A stretch of 64,000 nt of DNA, from assembly GCA_964016885.1 (NCBI GenBank), contig OZ024741.1, positions 380,680,001-380,744,000 of the forward strand, given 5' to 3'. The position numbers and the translations under genes are program-made. Of the stretch, positions 1 through 12,169 are shown piece by piece; within the stretch, counting starts at the first letter, position 1; every line of letters starts with the position of its first letter. Source of the DNA: Eledone cirrhosa. Taxonomy: Eukaryota. The notes under the pieces are model-generated. The model saw only the letters and a program-made list of their open reading frames with translations. It ran no database searches and was not told the DNA's origin.

Positions 1-215
1 TCTTCACTATCATAAAGTTTGGTGACTTAGTTGGTTGCATCTCTATTTGTTGTGTGTATTTTCTGGCCTTTGTATTGATGTGAAGCGAGATGCATTTTTG
101 TTTGTGTTTCCTTTCTTGCTTTGAGGTGTTTTGGGAGCTCACCCTCATATTCACTTCAAGATGAGGAGTTACTAGTGTCTGCAGATTTTGCCCTATAAAT
201 CATAGTAAAAGTAAA

Positions 216-400
216 ATTGAATTGGCAGAATTGCTAGGGCAAGCATTGAATTTGCAGTATTTGTTCTGGCATTTCGCCTTCTGAATTCAAATCACACCAT
301 AATCAAATTCACATTTCATCTTTCTGAGGCCAATAAAATGAAGTACTATCAAGTGGTAGCAACCTTGTAGTACCATCAAGATTGGCTGAGGTTGTGCCTA
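216..400 (+). mobile_element. Degenerate copy of the ATT-tailed tRNA-derived SINE
   Basis: Decayed match to the copies at 5136 and 36870 (attggcagaat...gaattcaaatc...tttcatctttctgaggccaataaaatgaagtac...ttgtgcctagattaga). Confidence 0.55.
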
Positions 401-570
401 GATTAGATAGAATTTAACAGGTAGAAGACAAGACCCTTTGCCTCTTTTTCTGTTTTTATTATGTGCCTTATTTGACCAAAGCTTTTCATTATTGTATTTG
501 AAATTAAAGAGATGGCTTACGATTCTGAAAATAATCAAGAATGTGGAGGACTGTAGAAATATAATTAACT

Positions 571-913
571 TTGTTGTTATCAAGCCTTGCTTTGGAGCAT
601 AATTTAAACAAAAATATCTTACATGAAACTTTGGTGATTATACTCTTGTTTCATAGGACAATTAAGTGATATAAATTAGGAGTGTTAATCATTTATTTAA
701 TATATTTCACACAACAGATACTCTATTTTATTTATTCAATGAATTTTACTAAAATTTTAAATGATTTCATAATTAAGATTTGTTTTTGTCACATACATTA
801 AGAAATGGTTAGATAAAGTTATATTCTTAGGTTTTAATTTAAATAAGTTTTAAATGAGTGGTTTTATTTCATAGGGCCAGAGGCAGTTTTGGCTGGGTTG
901 GTAGCAAAAGGGT
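571..913 (-). mobile_element. TTAA-flanked MITE (piggyBac-like ends), degenerate
   Basis: Right end ggtagcaaaagggTTAA is the reverse complement of the left ends at 3134, 3866 and 53015. The left boundary is uncertain. Confidence 0.45.
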
Positions 914-1487
914 TAAACTTAACTTACCTTTAATGTTCTTATGTTTATTGTTCATTTTTGTCTTCATTAAATAATCGGAGATATTGTTTGTATCTATGCT
1001 AGGACTACTGAGAAAATTATCAGAACTAAGCATCTATACTGATTCATTCAATTGTCATATCACCCAGTGTTCTTTTTTATCTATGTTCTTCATTTTATTT
1101 CACAAGTGATGAGGTCATTAGTATGATAATGTTTAGTTTGAATAGTGAAAGGCTGAAAGAAGTATCCTAGAAAATTATCTGTTTAATAATGGCTTGTAAC
1201 TTTCATAATCAGATTGGAAGTAAAGTCTGTTACCTTGAAATTATAGATATATCAATACAGTTTTTTTTTACAAGATAAATCTCTGCTGGCTATGTTATGG
1301 CTCATGATAGGACTTGTGACTGTGTTGAGCATATAAAATTCTTGTCACCCAATAATTCAAATGAAATAAGGGGAAATAACTAATTAACTAACGGACATTT
1401 TATAGTTGCTTCATTTAATTATTTATCATTTAACGCATAACTTAAATATTTGTTTTACTAGATACTCATTTTATGGCTTCTAATAAT

Positions 1488-1612
1488 TGTTTCTACTTTT
1501 GGCACAAGGCCAGCAATTATCCCAGTGTATTACTGGTACTTTATTTTATCGACCCCGTAAGGATGAAAGGCAAAGTTAACCTCGGCGGGATTTGAACTCA
1601 GAATGGCAAGGG
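1488..1612 (-). mobile_element. ATT-tailed SINE, 5'-truncated
   Basis: Reverse complement of the SINE 3' two-thirds. Flanked by an imperfect TSD ttctaat(a/g)at (~1478-1487 and ~1613-1622). Confidence 0.85.
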
Positions 1613-3133
1613 TTCTAATGATGTTATATGCTTCTCTCTTTTTAGTTTAACTCATTCTATAATTTGGAGAAAGAATATTTGAGAAATTTCTTTCATCATC
1701 TTCACATACAATTTCTTCAGGGCTGCAAACTTTTGTGTCAATGTTTTTTCTAGATCTAGATGCCTTTCCTGAAGTCAACACATACTTTATGTTAAGTATA
1801 ATATATATACACCTAATGTTCATCAAACAACTATGTATCGATTATGGAAGACATAAACAATGTTACTGCTAAGGTATTTATTAACAATGTCAGTATCATA
1901 TTTTGCAACAACTAACATACACACACACATCCATGAATAATGGCTGCATCCTGATTTCAAGAATTGCGTCCACTTGATCCTCCTCTCACACATGGGTGGC
2001 ATGAACATGTCTTTAGCCCTGCCAAGGATCTATATTTTCTGGATATGCTGCAGGAATGAACATTACTTCCACTTTGGTTCGCTGTTGTGTTTTGGTGATT
2101 TTTTAAATGGAGTTTGATGCAAATCTAGTCACATTCATTGCTACAAAATCATTTTGAGCATCTGAAAATTGAGGTAAATTAATATCATATAGACTCTTAC
2201 AAAGACCTCTCTTCAATTTTCCATGATTTTTCAAATTCCTGTTTTCCATTAAACACTATTTTCCTCCAAGATATTCGACCTAACGTAATGTCTTCCCAGT
2301 TATCTTCTCTTAAGCTCTTTAGATACAGTCTTTATACATACATAAGATAGTCTGCTTACAGTTTCCATCTATCAAATTAATACACAAGTCATTGATTGGT
2401 GCAAGAAGATAGTAGAAAAAACTTACTGAAGGTGCTACTACATAGTAGGGTTAAACCAGAAAACATTGCTCAGTTGCAACTTTTGTAATCCTGCAGCCAT
2501 ATTTTGCATGATAGAATACACCTTGAGTAACTTTACAGGAGACCATTTGTTGTAAGCATTCACACAAAGAATATGTAACTATGTTTTCTTCTATCACCCA
2601 CCAATCACAGTGGCCTAACTAATATTATTTTGTTTTAAGCTGCATAATAAGGAAAATACCACCATATTAAAGCAACTATTTGTATCTATTTTTAGTAAAG
2701 ATTGTTTTTAACATTGGGACACTAATTAGATTAAATTATTAAGTCTACTTAATTATGTTTTTACCTTCTATTTAAAGAAATGTTAAGATTCTTTTGTTAG
2801 TTTGAATTATTGGAATGGGCCATGCTGGGCCACCACCTTCAAGAATTTAGTTGTTCATATCATCCACTAGTACTTATCTGTCGAAGACCAGTGCTTATTT
2901 CATCAATCTCTATTTTCTTAAACTTATGTTACAGGAGTTAAACAAATACTTTTTGAAAAGCTGTGTAGACATACTTAAGCACAGACACATACTGATATAA
3001 ACACATATACATGTATTCATAGTTAATTCACAAGGCATTAGTCAATCCAAAGTCATAGTAGAAGACATTTATCCAAGATACCATTGAGGAAACCAGAGCC
3101 TAAAACCACATAATTGCAAAGCAAACTTCTTAA

Positions 3134-3520
3134 CCCTTTTGTTATCAAACAGCCTGAAATTGCCCCTAGTTCTATGATACAAAACTCTCTGTTTTAAATA
3201 TTTATTCATCAACATCATCATTCAACATCTGGTTTTCCTGCTAGCAACTGTTGGATGGATCCACATAGACCAAGTAAGTACTAATGCAGAATCACAAACC
3301 TCCTAGACTGGCCAAAGGCTCTGTATCTTGCTTACATACCATCATATCGAAAAACCATTCAGCATAATTTTATAGAAAAACCGTTGTGAATGTATGCTCT
3401 CCAACAACCTTAATATCAAGAAAGTAATTACATTACTAAACAACTAATTCTTGATTATTTACAACATTATTTGAATATTTTAGGCTGCATATTTTTATTG
3501 GAAATCTATTAATGAAAGGG
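3134..3520. mobile_element. TTAA-flanked MITE with CCCTTT...AAAGGG termini
   Basis: TTAA|ccctttt at 3130-3140 and gaaaggg|TTAA at 3514-3524. Carries an internal (CAT)n-tailed retroposon remnant at ~3210-3340. Confidence 0.6.
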
Positions 3521-3865
3521 TTAACCAAGTAGATATGTCTAGAATGAGAAGTAGTATTGCAATCTCTCATTTTTTCTATCTTTCTATGACTAATGTTCAG
3601 TGTATGAGAAATGGTATTAACTGTACCAGTATGCAATGCAAGGAAGAGATATTCTAAAGGCTGGTTTGTTTGAATTTAGCCAGTTTGAGATATCGATTAA
3701 TTCACTGTTCAGTAGTTTAAAAAAACTGTTTTAACCTAACTCTCACCGAGGGAAAAGTTGTATTGTTGGCAAACAGAAATAGTTGTAAATGTATGGCTGC
3801 ATTCAAATAATTTATGTATTGTTGTTTTTGTTGTTGCTGTCTAGTCCCTGTTCAGCTCATATAAA

Positions 3866-4120
3866 TCCTTTTGATACCGAACTGCTTAAACTGCTCCTGG
3901 TTTATGATATTAAGCTGTTTGCTTTAAAGTGTTTATATTTATATAAAATCTTTCCATCAACATTCTTTGTAAGAAGCTTTGCTTAGTTCTGTTCTAAATA
4001 CAGGCTAAATAATAAGAATGATAGTTATATTATTGAATATTTTCAAATTCATAATTATTTTCAAATTGATTTTAAAATTATAGGCAGTGTCTTTCCTCAG
4101 AAATATGGTAATGAAATGGT
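3866..4120. mobile_element. Second copy of the same MITE family, degenerate
   Basis: ccttttgatacc...ctggttttatgata start and aatgaaatggTTAA end parallel the 3134-3520 copy. Confidence 0.45.
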
Positions 4121-5135
4121 TAAGCTTACCTATGCTCAAATGTACTCCAGCAGTAACCATCCATTATTTTTTAACCATGTAGGACTATATTGACCAGTGT
4201 ATCTTGTCTTTACTTAAGATTATAGGATGTGAGACTTTTTAATTTGGTTGCTACTTCAAGCATTTCAAGTAGCCACATAGAGATCCTTTCTATGAAGTGT
4301 AAATAATGGTGGCTAAAATTTTTAAGTTATACTAATGTAGAGATCTGATATTTAAGCTATACTAATGTCTGGACATCACTTATCAGATAAACAGTTGTAT
4401 CATTATCATTAGCATCATCATCATCATCACTTAACTTCTGTTTTTCCTGTCAGAAAGATTTGGATATGTTGTCATATCACACAAATACTTAAATGGAGCT
4501 ACTGACCTCTCAGTCAGTTCAGGGACTGCATTTTGTGATCATATGTTCATGCACTCTGCCAAGTACTCACATTTCATTTACATACGTTCCTGTGTCCAAC
4601 TAGTGCTATGTACAGAGTGTACTGGCTTCCATTAGCATGCACATCATCTGTTTTAACTAGTGCTATTTTTTGTATACCAACACATGTTTTTGACAAACCT
4701 GAAGAGTACTCTTAAGCCTTTTTTGGCAGTTTTTCTGCAGATGGATGTACTTCCTATTCTCAACCACTTTACAGTGTGTACTGGATGCAATTATGATGCA
4801 GATCATCTGCAGAAATACCGTGAAAGTCTCAACATGCCTCAACATTTTTTAGAGTAAAACACCAGCATTCTTTCTTGCAGTGTGTAATTGAGTACGCACA
4901 ATTTTTAGCTAAACATAAACTAGAAGAAAACCAACATAGATGTGCAAGCATTGCTGTGTGGTTAAGGAATTTATTTAATTATGACAAGGTGTTCGGTTCA
5001 ATCTTGTTGGTGGCAAGTGCTTTCTACTAAAACCTTAAGGAATTAAATGTTGAAGACAAAACTGCATAGAAGTCCATCATCTATGTGTTGGTATCTATGT
5101 GTGATTGTTTATGTTCCATTATTTAGCAATTTGAC

Positions 5136-5319
5136 GGCGGTGGATTGGCAGTATCGATAGAGGGTCGGACGCCATGCTTTCCAGCATAGTTACGTCCCTT
5201 TGCGATCTGAGTTCAAACCCCGCCGAGGTTGACTTTGCCTTTCATCCTTACGGGGTCGATAAAATAAAGTACCAGTAATGCACTGGGTAATTGCTGGCCC
5301 TGTGCCTAAAGTAGAAACA
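5136..5319 (+). mobile_element. Near full-length ATT-tailed tRNA-derived SINE (Deu/Nin-like central domain) with 18-bp TSD
   Basis: A-box-like tggattggcag, B box gagttcaaaccc, central gactttgcctttcatccttacggggtcgataaaataaagtaccag. Exact TSD attatttagcaatttgac at 5118-5135 and 5320-5337. Confidence 0.92.
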
Positions 5320-7099
5320 ATTATTTAGCAATTTGACAAAAATAGATTTATGAATTAAATATCAGGCTTGGAAAACATACATATTGGAGGTGATATGATC
5401 AACTACATCCTTTCAAAATGTTGTTTCAGTATGGCCTCAGTCTATTCTTTGAAACCAGTAAAGGAAGTTAGACAAATATGTGCATAAATGTTTTAAACAG
5501 ATGTATATATAAGAAATTGTTTTAAACAGAGACTACTGTATCACATGGTGGTGATATGCTTGTATGGGTGAAACTACCACCACACCACCAATTTCTAACT
5601 AATTGGTGACAGAAGAGTTAGAATAATGTTATAACAGAATTGTTTAATATACAATCATACATTTCCTACTTCAAACACATGCTTAGCCAAAGCATGATTT
5701 ACTTGGATCATTCACATACCTTATTTTGTTATATCAGACAGGAAATTAAATATCTATGGTAGCATCTGTTATGAAGGGTTGCTAATAAAAGGGCCTACAC
5801 ACTTGAATTATCTAAATCATATTATTATTTGTGTACTTTGATTTGATTTGAAAATGATGAAAATATCAACACTTGATATAAAATACAAACAGAGGCTGTC
5901 GCCTTTGGTAACTCTATGTCTAGTAACTTTACTCTTCAACTTTTAGAATTTAATTTGTAAATAAGATCCCATAAGCAGTAGTGTAGTGATATAAAAGAAA
6001 TCTTACTACTTTATAATTAGATTGAGGTCATTAGCAGCGCCAGAGGAATTCAGACTTGTTTTCTTAACTTTAATGCAATAATGTTTACATTTAGCTTTGT
6101 AAGGTTTTCTCACTTGATGTATTTCAAGTCCTTTCAAGTTAAATTCTTTTATAAGTGATTTGATTATTTCATCAACAGTATTTTCTTTTCAAGTTTCCTC
6201 AAGTTGTTTAGCTTCTCTTAATAGAATATAAATAAACAACATACACACAAAATAGCAAATTATACAAGAAATCATGAGATAGGGCAGTAAGGTCAAACAA
6301 TTAAGACATATAGCGCTAAAATAATACAGTATTTTTGTTACATATAAGTAGATAGGGTACATTTCCCAAAACTTTCATGACCGATAAGTGAGCTGTACCA
6401 TAGGTGAGCCAACAACAGCGCTTCAACATGACCACTTAACATTCTAGAAATTGCAGACACATTCCCTAAATAACAATCTACCATCTTCTTGTATATGAGT
6501 ATAATATGTTATCTAAAACTAAGAAGGGGTGGTATAATGACTTGAATGCATCAAAATACGACTTTAGGTTTGCTCATATTCTTGAATTAAAGCTGTGGTT
6601 AGTTAGAATTGCCTAAATTATCATCCTCACATCTATCAAATTTAATCATTAATAGACTGTTTAATGTTTTCTAAAACTTTCTTTAAATATTTATCATCAG
6701 GCTCTCATCAATGTCTGAATATAAACATTTTTTTAAAATAAATTTGTAATTGTAGTAGGTTCTGGCATGTACTTTCGGGTTCAGTCAAACTTACCATTGT
6801 AAATTAGCTACTAAAGTCTTGGATGACCAATGCTTTATGAGTGAAATTTGGTACAGAAGCCAGTAATATATATATATCCATGCACAACAATTTGACTTTA
6901 GAATCTTTTCGAAAATTTATTATTTGAAATATACTTTACCAATTTTCTCAACTCTTATTTATAGTAATCAGCTTGCATGAGGAGTACCGTCTTTCTTTTC
7001 CCCATCATCATCAGACCAAAACACCTGAAACTACCCCTGGATACAAATCCATTTGTTTTAAAGTGTTTTTATTTAAATTTAAATTTCCTTCTATACCCA

Positions 7100-7420
7100 C
7101 TTATTCCTGAGAGGGTTTGGGGGTCTTGTTAGAAGCAATCATCTCCAATTGATCCAGCTGGATCTCCAAGCAAGACCAGTTGAGCTCATGGATGTTATCC
7201 AAACATCTTGCTCAGGGTTTCTCTGGATCTCCTGCCAGTTGGTTTTGACATTCTAACTTCATGCCACAGTATAGGATGTGTGACTTCTCAATTTGGAGAA
7301 GTAGCTGGAGTGATGCTCAGATCTCTAGGTAATGCAGTCTATCAAGTAATGTTACTCCAAAGGCGTTTTGGCACAACCCCATTTAAGCCACATGTATTTG
7401 CAATCATACTATTTTAGTTA
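7100..7420 (-). mobile_element. 3' relic of an RTE/Expander-like LINE
   Basis: Visible nucleotide similarity to 57400-57715, the 3' part of the degenerate RTE-like element. Confidence 0.5.
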
Positions 7421-7647
7421 TTAATGAATATAATTTTATCTAAAATATTTTATTATGTTTCAAATACTAACTTAAAAATGATAATGTTTGTTATACTTCT
7501 GAACTCCTTCAAATTCTTGATAATTGTCAAAATTAATTGAAAATTATTACCTGTGTCTTTCAGTAGAAATGAGAAATGGTTTTGTAATTCTAACCTCAGA
7601 TTTTCATGAAAGTAAATTTATATTCATTAATACTGAATTTATATTGC

Positions 7648-8010
7648 ATCATCATCGTTTTTATTTCTATTTTTCCATGCTCACATGGTTTGATGGGTGC
7701 TTTTCCACACAGTATCTTTCTACTCAGCACATTCCTTTATCATCTTCTATGTGACTCTCAGCAATTCGAGATCAGCTCTCTCCACCCCTGCCCAAGTTTT
7801 TCTTGGTCTAACTCTATTGTGGCTTCCTTCCACTGATATTTCCTGGTATTTCTTCACCCAGCAATCATCATCCATACACATCAAATGTCTGTACCAATGC
7901 AGTCTTCTCTCTAGTACACCACTTTGAATTCCTCTTAAACTCAGTTTTTTCCTCAGTTCATCCATGCTCTGCCTTTCTCTCAAATTTATATTGCACATCC
8001 AATGAAGCAA
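7648..8010 (-). mobile_element. 3' fragment of an RTE-clade LINE with (GAT)n tail
   Basis: ORF 7747..8058 reads RRLHWYRHLMCMDDDCWVKK...RPRKTW...DL, a typical RTE C-terminus. Related to 49020-49371, with a catcatcatc tail on the plus strand. Confidence 0.8.
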
Positions 8011-8029
8011 GATGTAACAAAATATATTG

Positions 8030-8236
8030 ATTTCTGATTTAGGTACAAGGCCAAACATTTTGGGAGTGGAGAAAGTCGGTTAAATCGACCCCAGTACATT
8101 ATTGGTACTTTATTTTAACGACTCCACAAAGATGAAAGGCAAAGCTAACCAAAGCAGGATTTCAACTCAGAACGTAAAGGGATATACTTATATTCCCGCA
8201 AAGCATGTTTTCTGATACTGCCTATCCACTGCCATT
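8030..8236 (-). mobile_element. ATT-SINE family copy (long subtype)
   Basis: ggtactttattttaacgactcc...gatgaaaggcaaagctaacc...tttcaactcaga. Confidence 0.75.
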
Positions 8237-10619
8237 TAGATGTGACAAAGTATAATAAGACAAACCAAGTGTAATCTAAATAGGAAAAGTTTCATAATAT
8301 ATGAAAATCAACTTCTTGCTATAGAATGGGTGAAAGATGGAGGTCTCATGCTAATAAAGATAGATGCCAGCATACATGTATAGTCCTGTAACTCCTGACA
8401 GAATTGTAGGGGTACATTATTGACATAAGTTGTTTCTAGGTCACTTTTAAACCTGATGAAGCCCATCTACACACCAGGTCTGACTACAGAATATTTCTTC
8501 CAGTAAAGGAAAAAGAGTGGCAGAGTGTAAGTAAAAAAGATATATAGAAGGAGAATTGAACCCTGTATTAGATTGGTACTATTTTATCAACTTCAAAGTT
8601 GATCAATAATGATAAATACTGCATTGAAATAGAGAATATTCAAGCTTTATGTATGCTAAAATTGTTCACAACATGCAGATTAGATTTCAGAACATGGCTT
8701 TACATATGAATTGAAACTAGACCAAGGTATTGTATTGTAGATTTTTAAAGCCCCTAAATAGATGCTGTGTTAATGATGTAAATAAGAAAAGAGCAACGAT
8801 TTCCTCCCCAAATGAAAACTAATGTGAGTTTTGCAAGCTATACATTGCATAGAAAATATTGGCTGTAAAAATCATTACTTGATGTTCCCCCAGTTTTACA
8901 AGCAAAGCTTTTATGCCTAACTCAATATAATCATCACATTACACATTGTTAATATATAATCACAGTTTAATGTCTATTTCCCTTTTTTGCAAAGGTTAGA
9001 CAGGTTCTCACTTTATGACACAAGTCAGGTTACCATGTCTTGCACATATGGAACTGTTTCTGGCTTGGTTTTCTCAGAAGAATGCCCTTCGTAATGCAAA
9101 CAACATTAGAGTTTGTACTGTGTGCTTTTGTTGTGGCACCAGCCTTATTACCATACAGTAAGGAAAAAGTGTGTTTTGTCATTGTAGTAGGACTGTGGAA
9201 GAGTAGGTGAGTGGAACATGTCAAGTTTTTCATGCTTGTAAGCATAGGTTGGACTGGAGAGGTGTATCAGAGGTGTGGCAGGTAGGGGTTGGGAATAAGT
9301 ATATGATGTTATTTTAAAGTGCTTCAACCAAAATGTAGAAATATTTGAGAATTTAATGTTGGTAATATTTTATAAGCTTGTTGATTATTGCGATATCCTC
9401 CTCATCATCATCATTATCGTTTTAACAACTGATAGCAAGTGCTGGATGGGTCTACATAAATGAAGTCAGTACTGAAGCGAGGGCTACTGATCTCCCAGAC
9501 ATAGCAGAGTCTGTTGCGTCACTTATGTTGTTTCATGTTCTAGTGAATGCACAGGCAAGGTTGTCATGTCTTTGACATAATTAAGGGTCTTCACAACCTT
9601 TTGTTTGGCAAGCTTTCTATGGCTAGATGCCCTTTCTTTCACCAACCAATTGACAGCATGTACTGAATGCATTTGTCAAGGAGATCACCAACACTAGGAA
9701 GGCTGTCATGTTCTTGAAATTACTGAAGGGTCCTCCCAACCCTTTGTTTGGCAAGCTTTCTTTGGATGCATACCCTTCCTATTGCCAACCACTTTACAGC
9801 ATTTCCTGGGTGCATTTACCATGCAGATCATCAAACACTCGGGAGGGCCTAAGACTAGGGAAGCACCAAACACTTCAAAATCAACACACCACATATCTTA
9901 TACATACATATATTAGCATATATACAAATATATGTGTATGCATTGCCATTACCATTGCTTGTATATTCTGTTTTACATTTTTCAATGTTGTAATTATATT
10001 TTATATCTTTTGATATCAATCTGCCTTAAACCCCTCTTGATTCTATGATGAAAGACCATTTGTTTTAAAATGTTCATATATACGATAGGTTTCCATGCAG
10101 TTTTCATCTACCAAATTTCACTTACAAGACATTTGTAAAACTGAGGCTACAGTGAGACATTTGCTCAAGATACCACGCAGTTTGTTTGAACCCAAAACCC
10201 TGTGGCTGCAAAGAAAACTTCTGAATCATATAGCAAAGCCCAAATCTATGTTTTCAAAATTGCAGTTACATGGCAACAGTACCAGAGAAAATAACAACAG
10301 GGCATGATATCATTCATATCAAGTACCGGAATAAAAACAGTCTCTTAAGCTTAATATTTATATTTCTGTACATATGATTTCATATAATTTGATAATTGAA
10401 TTAAATTGGTCAGGCATTTCATTCATTAGCTGTTAAATCTTATTATAGATCAATAAAATAACTATTTAATTAGTGATATTGTTTAAATTATTGAATGGAC
10501 ACAATATAGAGAAATGCTATATGAATCAAAATAACCCAGAATAATAAATAATTAAATAAATAAAATGAAATAAAGAGCTAAATAAATCAAATAAAATATT
10601 TATGGAATATTCTATATTT

Positions 10620-10830
10620 TACTATTTATTACTATAATATGGAATATCTGAATAGATGTGACATTTATTAACAATTTGACTTTATTTAAAGAAGAAAACT
10701 ATTCAATCAATTTCTTGGATGTTGAACCCAAGATGACATCTCATAAAACTATTGACATTAGTTAACTGTATGGCTGTTAAGATATATCAAAATAGAAAAT
10801 ATTGGCAAGACATCAATACCAGATGAAAGT
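10620..10830 (+). pseudogene. Highly decayed Penelope-like RT remnant
   Basis: Frameshifted translation EYLNRCD...QF...KEENYSINFLDV...KIYQ resembles the PLE motif 'YLN..I.FT.E.E.N.SINFLD....YRK' that follows the YxDD motif. Confidence 0.4.
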
Positions 10831-11344
10831 AATACACAAAGTAAAAATATAAAACAAAACTATATTTAAGAAATGAATCACCAATGAAGAGATGGGTAAA
10901 TATGTAATTTTTAAAAGTTGTTTTGGTTTGCAAAGCTTCCACAACAACTGTTAACTATAAAATAGTTGGAAAATGCAGGAAATAACCCCTGGAGGCAGAA
11001 AAAGGTAGTTTCATAATAACTGTGGGAATTGACCCATCATTAACTATAGTTAACATTCATTATGGTAGGTTTGTAATACAAAATGTGCCTTCAAAGAACT
11101 ATTTTAATTTAAAATGTGGTAGTAGTAATTTTTTCTTTTCTGAAAATATGTAGAATAAAAATAGATATATGATTCTTTAAAATAAGGTTTGGTCCCATAA
11201 CGCCCAAAGAAGTTGTAGGTATTCTGTATTGACATACTCATATGGTGTTTCATGGGAATTTTAAGCCTGGTGCAACTCATCCCTCTCCAAGCCTGAATAC
11301 TGTAGATTTCTTCCAGAGAAGGATAAAAAGTGAGAGAGAGGAAA

Positions 11345-11518
11345 CGAGAAATAGATATAAAGGAGGAATCAATCCCCATTCTTGACTGATACTTTTTTAT
11401 TGACCTCAAAAGGATGAAAGGCAAAGTTCACCTGATTCGGATTTGTTACAGAGAGCTGGAACAAATACCACAAACCATTCTATCCGACATTCTAACGACT
11501 GTGCCAATTTGCCACCTT
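11345..11518 (-). mobile_element. ATT-SINE family copy, degenerate
   Basis: gatacttttttattgacctcaaaaggatgaaaggcaaagtt...tgccaatttgccacc. Confidence 0.65.
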
Positions 11519-11668
11519 TAATATATACAGATTGATATATCTATTTATTTAATATTAAGATATTTAAAAACTTTAAATTTTGAGATTGAAAACTGGTAGT
11601 GATCTTATATTGGAGAGGGTGAATCCTAGCAACTGAAAAAAGTCTTAAATAATAGCAACCAATAATGC

Positions 11669-11670
11669 AT

Positions 11671-11713
<43 letters not shown>

Positions 11714-11770
11714 ATTGTGTGTATATATATATATATACGTGTGTATTGTGTGTGTATATATATATATATT
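11669..11770. repeat. (TA)n/(TG)n microsatellite
   Basis: Seen directly. Confidence 0.9.
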
Positions 11771-12169
11771 ATTCAAAATGTTAATAAATGAAAAATATTC
11801 TAATAATCAAAATATATATTTTATTATACATATTTCAAAGGTACAATGGTGTTTAAGTACGTTTTCTTCAGACAAAATATATGATTTGATATGTGACATA
11901 CCGCTACAGTTTTGATTATTCAATTCCAGTATTAGCATATATATATATATATCCAATTAGGCAGACTCTTTCCACTTAAGAAAAAGAAAATAAACAGAAC
12001 ATTTTAAAAGAGAACTCTTTAAACTGCACCATTAGACAACAGTTATCGGGATACAGTAATTAAAGAGCAGATAACTATCTAGAAATTAATTGTAAAATCT
12101 GATCAATAAGGTGAGTGGTTTTCAAATAATTGTTGTAATACCATGCATGTACAGCTAAAATTATTATTA

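Noticed and set aside
8453-8505. CTGATGA hammerhead box (also at 54901)
   Set aside because: No correctly placed GAAA box or supporting helices.
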